A stretch of 64,000 nucleotides of DNA from a virus, in IMG/VR virus record IMGVR_UViG_3300009130_000015; one strand, given 5' to 3'. A program made the position numbers and the translations under genes. This document shows, in pieces, positions 16,578 through 22,949 of the stretch. Numbering within the stretch: position 1 is the first letter of the stretch; every line of letters begins with the position of its first letter. The notes beneath the pieces were generated by a model. That model did not search any database and had not been told where the DNA came from. It was given only the letters and a program-made list of their open reading frames with translations.

Positions 16578-17149
16578 TAAAGAAGATAACAGCAGTAATC
16601 GTAAAGGGTGTAAGAATTCCCATGGAGGAGTTTAACCCTGCGCTCCTTCTTGTAGCCGAGGGAGTAGAAGTGACATATAAACCGGAAGTGAATAATTTCA
16701 AATTCACGGTTTTGGATACGAGTAAGAAGCCAACTGTATTGGACATACTTGTAAAGGGACTTGAAAAATTTCCCAAAAATGATAATGAATACGATTGGAA
16801 TTTAGCAGCAGTAGGTAACATGAACAGAATACAACTTATAAAAGTAGTGGTAGATATACGCGATGATAAAGATTTATCTACACCATTGAAGATTAGAAAA
16901 CTATCGGAGTATAAATACAATGCACACGAACACGCAAGTGAAGAGGTAGATATCCCATTTCTTGAGACTATCGCACTGGATGCAATCAAAGACTTGAAGA
17001 TGGCAGTTGTTTCTTGTAAGATCGAAGGTTGCTCGGGTACTTATTACCCAAATCACCCAGCATATAAAGAAGGTGCAAACAACACCATGCAGCAGATATA
17101 CCTGAAGTCAATTCGTACGTGGATCCAAATTGGCCGACGAGAAAGTTGA
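16574..17149 (+). CDS. Hypothetical protein; its last ~50 codons may belong to the adjacent Tad1-like gene
   Basis: 191-aa ORF overlapping the Tad1-like frame. See findings. Confidence 0.55.
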   Translation: MIKKITAVIVKGVRIPMEEFNPALLLVAEGVEVTYKPEVNNFKFTVLDTSKKPTVLDILVKGLEKFPKNDNEYDWNLAAVGNMNRIQLIKVVVDIRDDKDLSTPLKIRKLSEYKYNAHEHASEEVDIPFLETIALDAIKDLKMAVVSCKIEGCSGTYYPNHPAYKEGANNTMQQIYLKSIRTWIQIGRRES

Positions 17150-17339
17150 GAAAAGAGAAGGTACTCTTCATGAGCATTTATTATCAGCAATGATCGCTGA
17201 TTTGAAGTTCAAACATCAATTGGTTCCATCGAAAGAACGAGCAGTAGCAATCACTAAACTCGAGGAAGCAAGAATGTGTATGCAAGAAAGACAAATTAAC
17301 AGAATTGAAGCGGGTACGCTTGGAACTTACAAAAAGTAA
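17130..17339 (+). CDS. tad1-like: Tad1-like (Acb2/Tad1 hairpin-type) immune-signal sponge, C-terminal part
   Basis: GTLHEHLL...PSKERAVAITKLEEARMCMQERQINRIEAGTLGTYKK matches the recalled Tad1 C-terminal pattern (G..x..LL...S[RK]E.A.A[LI]T..EEA.M.M..R...RIE...LGT..K). TTG start. The in-frame Tad1-like SQFVRGSK lies upstream of that start. Confidence 0.75.
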   Translation: MADEKVEKREGTLHEHLLSAMIADLKFKHQLVPSKERAVAITKLEEARMCMQERQINRIEAGTLGTYKK

Positions 17340-17347
17340 AAAGAATT

Positions 17348-18367
17348 ATGGAAGCAGTAAAATTAACACCTTACGTAGGTGTAAAGTCGATCAAAGCATC
17401 GGCACCAATGACAAAGAAAGAGTATTGTGAAATTCGCGGATGGGTTGTACCAGCTAACGAGGATTCAAATGAAATGGTAGTGTTGGTTGAATACCCACTT
17501 GAACCAGGAAAGATTGCTAATGTCCCAGGCTATGATGGATACGTTTCCATGTCTCCACTATCTGTGTTCGAGAAAGCATATGCTGAAGTTACTGGTGATA
17601 CAGAGGAGCCTGCATTATCTGAGATTATCGAAAGAAACTACAATGGTAAAGCCATCACTGATGGATACCACACTCGTGGGGAATTGTATGATTTCAGAAA
17701 GATGTACAATTGTGCGTTATTCAACGAATGGGCAGCTCAAGGGAAATACCAAGTTCACAAGTCTAAGAAACACCACGATGGTGAGGATTGTTTCGGTGGT
17801 GGATGGTTCATCGTAGTTGCAGTATTACCAACAGGACAGATCAGTAACCACTACAAGTTAGAGGATTGGAATCTTTTCAATGTGCCAACTGCCGAGAAAG
17901 CCATGTTCGAATTTGATGGACACACTCCAGAAGATGTATTAGCAAGACTTGAGTACTTAACTAAATCTAAACCTGTGAAATTGGATCCAAAAGAAAACAG
18001 TGCTCCACAAGAAGCACAACCAGTTGCGAAATCTTTAGGAAACACTGACGCAAATGGTGCGAAGAAGAATGTTAAAGATATCAAGTTCTGGGGTAATGGT
18101 GACACATTCAAGTTGATCTCAAAAGCATCTTCTGCAGCAGAAGGATGGATGAAGTCTACTAAAGCAATGGAAATCCCATTTGTAGGATGTGTAATTCAAG
18201 TAACCACTCAACAGGGAGATAATGTTTCTGAAGCTGTCACTTTTGTACCAGGGGTTAAAATCGTAGAGAAGATTGAGAATGAAATTGTGGTAGAGAGAAA
18301 GATAATATCAATACATGATAGAATTGAAGACATCCACAAGAAATTGGAAAAAGAGTATTTAGGTTAA
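17348..18367 (+). CDS. Three-domain fusion protein, candidate anti-defence: Y.G.K/SP..FE..Y domain, WDGH-type domain and EGWMKSTKAM domain
   Basis: aa 6-80: YVGVKSIKA.PMT...RGW...VEY...GY.S.SP..VFEKAY. aa 101-204: ITDGYHT..ELY...GWF...LPTGQIS.HY...FDGHT. aa 227-322: GNGDTFKLISKASS..EGWMKSTKAMEIP.VGCVIQVTTQQ. The domains are separated by charged or Pro-containing linkers. Confidence 0.7.
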   Translation: MEAVKLTPYVGVKSIKASAPMTKKEYCEIRGWVVPANEDSNEMVVLVEYPLEPGKIANVPGYDGYVSMSPLSVFEKAYAEVTGDTEEPALSEIIERNYNGKAITDGYHTRGELYDFRKMYNCALFNEWAAQGKYQVHKSKKHHDGEDCFGGGWFIVVAVLPTGQISNHYKLEDWNLFNVPTAEKAMFEFDGHTPEDVLARLEYLTKSKPVKLDPKENSAPQEAQPVAKSLGNTDANGAKKNVKDIKFWGNGDTFKLISKASSAAEGWMKSTKAMEIPFVGCVIQVTTQQGDNVSEAVTFVPGVKIVEKIENEIVVERKIISIHDRIEDIHKKLEKEYLG

Positions 18368-18376
18368 TAAATAATG

Positions 18377-18404
18377 GAGGAGTTCTAAAATGAGCTCCTC
18401 TTTA
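18377..18404 (+). terminator. Intrinsic terminator closing the 15.1-18.4 kb unit
   Basis: GAGGAGTTC-TAAAAT-GAGCTCCTC-TTTT. Confidence 0.75.
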
Positions 18405-18494
18405 CTTTCATGTCATGATAAACAAAGTAGCAATCATATCACTTGTAGTAATCGTTATTATTCGTATTTTAACGAACTGAAAAAATTCTAACCA

Positions 18495-18674
18495 ATGGGT
18501 AGCCCACACGAGAAGTATCTTAATGCATTCCAAGGATTGAAGAAAAAGAAGGTTAATAAACCAGGGTTCAAACCGATGACTTTTTCAGAGATTCAAGAAT
18601 CCATGATTAATGCAGAAAGAAAGGGCCAAAGAAGGGCCAAAGGAACATGTACATTCTTCAATGACCTGTTTTAA
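18495..18674 (+). CDS. Small basic protein (59 aa)
   Basis: Hand translation MGSPHEKYLNAFQGLKKKKVNKPGFKPMTFSEIQESMINAERKGQRRAKGTCTFFNDLF. Confidence 0.55.
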   Translation: MGSPHEKYLNAFQGLKKKKVNKPGFKPMTFSEIQESMINAERKGQRRAKGTCTFFNDLF

Positions 18675-18924
18675 TATCTTCTATTAAATGTTTGAGTAAC
18701 TTATTCTCACCCTTTAGACGTTCATTCTCCCTGATGTACTCAAACTTAAACTCTGTGAAATCTTTCACATGTTTCGCCTGATCTTCTTTCAGCTTTATCA
18801 TTTGAACTTCCATGTTCTCTTCACGATCATCTATCCCATCCACTTTGTAGTATAATCCACCTGCGGTAAAGATTAATCCTATCATAACTGTGATGTTACT
18901 CTTAAATATTTCTCCGACATTCAT
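18658..18924 (-). CDS. Lone antisense membrane-anchored coiled-coil protein
   Basis: Transmembrane-like segment ITVMIGLIFTAGGLYY followed by a charged helical tail. Confidence 0.6.
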   Translation of the reverse strand: MNVGEIFKSNITVMIGLIFTAGGLYYKVDGIDDREENMEVQMIKLKEDQAKHVKDFTEFKFEYIRENERLKGENKLLKHLIEDIKTGH

Positions 18925-19012
18925 AACGATTCACAAGATACCAAAAAAGCTCACCCTCTCAAAGCCTGGGTTCATATATACGACATACTCGTAATTTTTA
19001 TATCTACATTGC

Positions 19013-19044
19013 TTTGGTGTATATATAAATTATACATACCTTTG
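19013..19044 (+). promoter_or_regulatory. Bacteroidota sigma-A promoter (TTTG-N20-TACCTTTG)
   Basis: TTTG at 19013-19016 and TACCTTTG at 19037-19044 with a 20-nt spacer, matching the -33/-7 consensus. Confidence 0.75.
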
Positions 19045-19048
19045 ATGT

Positions 19049-19387
19049 ATGAAAGCATTTAATCTAAAGTCATTATTGGTCAAAGGTGGTCAAGGTGACA
19101 TCGAAGTATTAGTAGAAGTAGATGGTAAATTGTTAGCAACAACAGGTGTTGAAACTGTTGATGGTAAGAGAATCATCAAGACAAAAGAAATCGAAGTTGT
19201 TGAAGAAGAAGTTGTTGAGGAAGTGGAAGAAACTCCAGCTCCAACTCCGGCTCCTGAAGCTCCAGTTGATGAAGATAAAACTGAAACTGTAGTTGAAGGT
19301 GATGATACAACTGAAACTGGAACTGAAACTGGAGACGGTGAGGGAGAAGGTCTTCCATCAACATCTCCTGCAGCAGGTGAAGAGTAA
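19049..19387 (+). CDS. Hypothetical protein with a long acidic, Pro/Thr-rich tail
   Basis: Short beta-rich N-terminus followed by E/T/P/G low-complexity sequence. Confidence 0.7.
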   Translation: MKAFNLKSLLVKGGQGDIEVLVEVDGKLLATTGVETVDGKRIIKTKEIEVVEEEVVEEVEETPAPTPAPEAPVDEDKTETVVEGDDTTETGTETGDGEGEGLPSTSPAAGEE

Positions 19388-19408
19388 ACGAATTGGGGAA
19401 GATATTTC

Positions 19409-19657
19409 ATGGCGAGGACACCAAGAAAAATAAAGAAGGCTGCTAAATCAGTAAGAGTTATTTACGATATTTCAGCATTGCCAATGGGATCAGATGTAGA
19501 TCAAGTATTCTACGTTTACCATAAAACTGGGGTTTTATTCTATGATTCCAAGAGAGGGGAAGCCCCTAAATTTCAGTATAACAATAAAAGAACCAGAATT
19601 CGTGACACCAGTAAAGTAATGGGTGCTTACGATTTCGGCCGTAAACAAAGACTATGA
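19409..19657 (+). CDS. Hypothetical basic protein
   Basis: 82 aa, ATGA-coupled to the next gene. Confidence 0.6.
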   Translation: MARTPRKIKKAAKSVRVIYDISALPMGSDVDQVFYVYHKTGVLFYDSKRGEAPKFQYNNKRTRIRDTSKVMGAYDFGRKQRL

Positions 19658-19869
19658 GTTCATTTATTCCACAATTCCCACAGTATAGACAAGCTATCCT
19701 GGAGTATGAAAACGATAAAGGTGTAATTGCAACACGAGTTACATGTAGCACCAACTTGAATAATACTATAATCACTAAGCATTACAGAGTTAGTGAGGAT
19801 TCAGATGAAGCATTGGCTGTGGTGGACGTGGAGTTTAATAACCATGTAAAATCATTACAAGATGAGTGA
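19654..19869 (+). CDS. Hypothetical protein
   Basis: 71 aa, coupled on both sides. Confidence 0.6.
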   Translation: MSSFIPQFPQYRQAILEYENDKGVIATRVTCSTNLNNTIITKHYRVSEDSDEALAVVDVEFNNHVKSLQDE

Positions 19870-20278
19870 GGAAAAACAAGAAGAAAAAGAAGACTTGGGG
19901 AAGTCGTTATTTCCGAAATACAAAGTTAGTGTTGATGAAAATCCACTTGAAAGTAAGATTAACATAACTTTTAAATCCCACGATGGGAAGGGAAATGAAT
20001 TCGAAGATACGGTTGAACACGATGGTGATCAAAGTACAATGACGAAGGAAATAGGAGCTAAGATGGCTAAAGAATATGGAATCAAAGCCAAAGCTTTTTT
20101 CGACTCATTGTTACCAATTAGGTTTGAAGTTATCACTGGGAACACACAGTTTGAATTTGAAGATGCTATTGCAACATATGTTGAGAATGGCTGGGAAGTA
20201 CAGGGTGGAATGAGTATTTCACCTGAAGGATTGTTTTGTATATTAATGTTTAAAGAGAATAAAAAAGATGGGAAGTAG
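19862..20278 (+). CDS. Hypothetical protein with a C-terminal DUF1737-like domain
   Basis: C-terminal EFEDAIATYVENGWEVQGGMSIS...ILMFK fits the recalled DUF1737 pattern. Confidence 0.5.
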   Translation: MSEEKQEEKEDLGKSLFPKYKVSVDENPLESKINITFKSHDGKGNEFEDTVEHDGDQSTMTKEIGAKMAKEYGIKAKAFFDSLLPIRFEVITGNTQFEFEDAIATYVENGWEVQGGMSISPEGLFCILMFKENKKDGK

Positions 20279-20609
20279 TGCATTACCGTTTATACCGTAC
20301 GCAGGATTAATAGCGTTAGCGGTTCCAGAAAGTATGTATCCAGACACAGAAGCTCCAATGACGAAGGAAGCTTGGATGGAAGAATTAGAGAAAAAAGCAC
20401 CAGAGATTGTAACAGGTGAATTAGTTGTTGCAGGAATCGGAAGTGGTGTTAGTTTTGTTAAAGTTGGAGATGTAGTATCTCTACAGTCACACGTTAGAGT
20501 TCAGAGAATTGAAATCGATGGTGATAAACCAGACAATCCAAAATTAGTATGGATTGTTAGAGAGTCTGAAATCTTAGTCAAGCATGACAAGGCTAAAGAT
20601 GGAGAATAG
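20268..20609 (+). CDS. GroES-like co-chaperonin
   Basis: VVAGIGSGVSFVKVGDVVSL and WIVRESEILVK follow the GroES pattern (VvAVG.g...vkvGD.V ... i+rEsdIla). Confidence 0.65.
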   Translation: MGSSALPFIPYAGLIALAVPESMYPDTEAPMTKEAWMEELEKKAPEIVTGELVVAGIGSGVSFVKVGDVVSLQSHVRVQRIEIDGDKPDNPKLVWIVRESEILVKHDKAKDGE

Positions 20610-20714
20610 TTTTATATATGAGGGTGCTTTCTTCTGTTACGATGAGAGCTCCCTCTATATATTCAATGGGGAAATGGGAGGGCTTGTTCCCATAACTACA
20701 ATAAAACCGATAGA

Positions 20715-21095
20715 ATGAAGATCGTTAAAAAAGTAAAGGATCGGGAAGACTTGTATTTGACAGTCTTTCGTCATCTTAATACATCAGGGCAGATACGAGG
20801 TATTGATATCAAGACATACACATTAATGTGCATGGAGGCGATGGAAAATGGAAACCTACGTATATCAAAAACATTACGTGATACGTTACAGGAGAAGTTG
20901 CAAATGTCAACGCAATCTCTAACAAATTCAATAACCAGGCTTAGAGAGAACTCGGTTCTAACTGGACAACGTGGAGTATATGTTCTTAAACCTGAAGTAC
21001 TTTGGGATGGAGATGAAGAGTCTCGCAAGAAGTTCTTATCGGAAGATGGTAGTTTCGAAATATTCATTGAAACAATTATCGAGGGAAATAAATAA
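20715..21095 (+). CDS. RepL-like winged-helix DNA-binding protein
   Basis: LQMSTQSLTNSITRLRENSVLTGQRGVYVLKPEVLW: HTH plus wing ending in a P..lW motif. Confidence 0.6.
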   Translation: MKIVKKVKDREDLYLTVFRHLNTSGQIRGIDIKTYTLMCMEAMENGNLRISKTLRDTLQEKLQMSTQSLTNSITRLRENSVLTGQRGVYVLKPEVLWDGDEESRKKFLSEDGSFEIFIETIIEGNK

Positions 21096-21102
21096 AATAA
21101 CT

Positions 21103-21468
21103 ATGGAGTTGAAATTGAAGACAGATGCCCAAGACCACATTGACAAATACCTACGTGTTTGGAATGGTTTAATGGGACTAACGAAAAAGGAATTCAGTGC
21201 TGCGAAAGCTCTCATCTCACTTCACACTGAGTTGAAAAACGCTGGTATATCAGAACCTTACTTATCTGAGATGGTTTTCTCAAGTAGTAAGTTGAAGAAG
21301 ATTAAAGAGGATCTTGGTTTGAATAATAGTGCTTGGTATACGATTAAGAAATCGTTGATTGCTAAAAAGGTAATTCGTGAAAGCGAAGAAGCACTTGAGA
21401 TTAATCCAAGAATGATTCCTCAAGAAGTATTAACGTTTAAATTTGAGATTGTAGATGGATCCGAATAA
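21103..21468 (+). CDS. Winged-helix-type DNA-binding protein
   Basis: Start moved to MELKLKT. Contains IKEDLGLNNSAWYTIKKSLIAKKVI...EINPRMIP. Confidence 0.55.
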   Translation: MELKLKTDAQDHIDKYLRVWNGLMGLTKKEFSAAKALISLHTELKNAGISEPYLSEMVFSSSKLKKIKEDLGLNNSAWYTIKKSLIAKKVIRESEEALEINPRMIPQEVLTFKFEIVDGSE

Positions 21469-21739
21469 ACACACAGAACAACTCGAAAAATTGGCAGCAG
21501 AAGATCCAGAAGGATCGTTTGAAGCCAAGAAGGTTGAGGATATGAATCGCGCTGAAAGAAGGAGTCGCGGTAAGTATTACAAGGATTTATATAAAAAACA
21601 CATCAAGGCTAAACCAAGTGTTAACCTTGAGTTGGAGGGTCAGGAAGCATACGATCAACAGATGAAAATGCAAGCATGGGCTACTCGATATGGAATCCTG
21701 ATGAAGAAATTAAGTGAACTTGGAGTTAAGATAAAATGA
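21455..21739 (+). CDS. Hypothetical protein
   Basis: 94 aa containing MNRAERR, coupled to its neighbours. Confidence 0.6.
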   Translation: MDPNKHTEQLEKLAAEDPEGSFEAKKVEDMNRAERRSRGKYYKDLYKKHIKAKPSVNLELEGQEAYDQQMKMQAWATRYGILMKKLSELGVKIK

Positions 21740-21981
21740 GTCTAAAACACGTAGTACAAGGATATTCGAATAGTGCACTCGATAGTGTAGGTAAACTCTC
21801 ATCTGTTAAGAAAAAGATAGCAGACGAGAGAATGGGAATTTGCAAGAAGTGCCCTATATTTGATTCAAGCACAAACATTTGTCAAAAGGATCAAGGGGGT
21901 TGTGGTTGCCTGATGACTAAAAAAGTTTATGCTATGGACGCATCGTGTCCCCAGAAAAAATGGAAACCAGCAAACATATAA
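21736..21981 (+). CDS. Small Cys-rich (zinc-binding) protein
   Basis: RMGICKKC...C...CGC...K......CPQKKW. Confidence 0.7.
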   Translation: MSLKHVVQGYSNSALDSVGKLSSVKKKIADERMGICKKCPIFDSSTNICQKDQGGCGCLMTKKVYAMDASCPQKKWKPANI

Positions 21982-21983
21982 CA

Positions 21984-22154
21984 ATGCAAGATTTAAAAAC
22001 AGCGTGTGAAACTAAGAATGATTTTAGAAAACTTGAAGATATCGATATTCAGATAGCACACGCTCCAGGATACGATGAATCATTTGAAGGAGAAGCAATA
22101 ACAGAAAAGACAGAATATGGGAAGAGTAGTGACAAATCTGGAATTGGCGGGTGA
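21984..22154 (+). CDS. Small hypothetical protein
   Basis: Start moved to MQDLKTAC, just after the previous stop. Confidence 0.4.
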   Translation: MQDLKTACETKNDFRKLEDIDIQIAHAPGYDESFEGEAITEKTEYGKSSDKSGIGG

Positions 22155-22701
22155 GAATATTTGGGATATTCATCCATCATTGGCATTAGCCGGACCAATC
22201 AAAGATTTATATAAATCTGACAAATCACCAAATAAAGCACACTCATCAAGATTGATGTGGACAGTTGCGTTGATTTGGGATAGGGATTCTAAGTTTTATA
22301 ATCTACCTGAAACAGGAGAGGACTCTAAGATAACACTACTGTTTGAGGATATTTACGGAGACAAAAGTTATTACACAAACAATAAACCGAAGGTTAATAA
22401 GTTGAGAGACTTTTACCTGAAGTTACAGGAAACCACAGCTCGTAGATCATTACGTGAGATTGAAGCAAAATTGGACCAACGTTCTGCATTCTTAAAAGAG
22501 ACAGATTACGAACTTGGTATATGTAATGAGAAAGGACAGTGGGTTGGTAACACTGCTGGTATGTTAGATAAGATGCTTGCAGACACCAAAAAGATTTATG
22601 ATCTTTATGATCAAGCACTTAAAACAGTGTCCAACGAAGTTAACGATGAAGTTGCTAAAGGTGGAGGTCAGGAATCATTATCTGATAGAGGGGAGATATG
22701 A
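22117..22701 (+). CDS. Conserved protein upstream of terminase, candidate terminase small subunit
   Basis: 194-aa helical protein two genes upstream of TerL. The role is inferred from position only. Confidence 0.4.
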   Translation: MGRVVTNLELAGENIWDIHPSLALAGPIKDLYKSDKSPNKAHSSRLMWTVALIWDRDSKFYNLPETGEDSKITLLFEDIYGDKSYYTNNKPKVNKLRDFYLKLQETTARRSLREIEAKLDQRSAFLKETDYELGICNEKGQWVGNTAGMLDKMLADTKKIYDLYDQALKTVSNEVNDEVAKGGGQESLSDRGEI

Positions 22702-22949
22702 GTAGTCCACACCATGATAAATATAAAAAGCTATCTGACGATTATGGTATTCCCATACACGTCATTAAAGCAATGGTGGAATCTCAATTTGCTTTCACAC
22801 GCAGTGTCATCTTAAGTGGAACTGACGAACCTGTTAGATTACAGTCGTTGGGGAAGTTTGAAGTGAAACCTGGTAAACGTGACAGAGTTCGTATTCATCA
22901 GGAATGGGCAAAGAAAATGAGGGATGAAAAAAATAGACAGAAAAAATGA
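22698..22949 (+). CDS. HU/IHF-like DNA-binding protein
   Basis: LSDDYGIPIHVIKAMVESQF...VRLQSLGKFEVKP matches the HU/IHF fold pattern. Confidence 0.7.
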   Translation: MSSPHHDKYKKLSDDYGIPIHVIKAMVESQFAFTRSVILSGTDEPVRLQSLGKFEVKPGKRDRVRIHQEWAKKMRDEKNRQKK

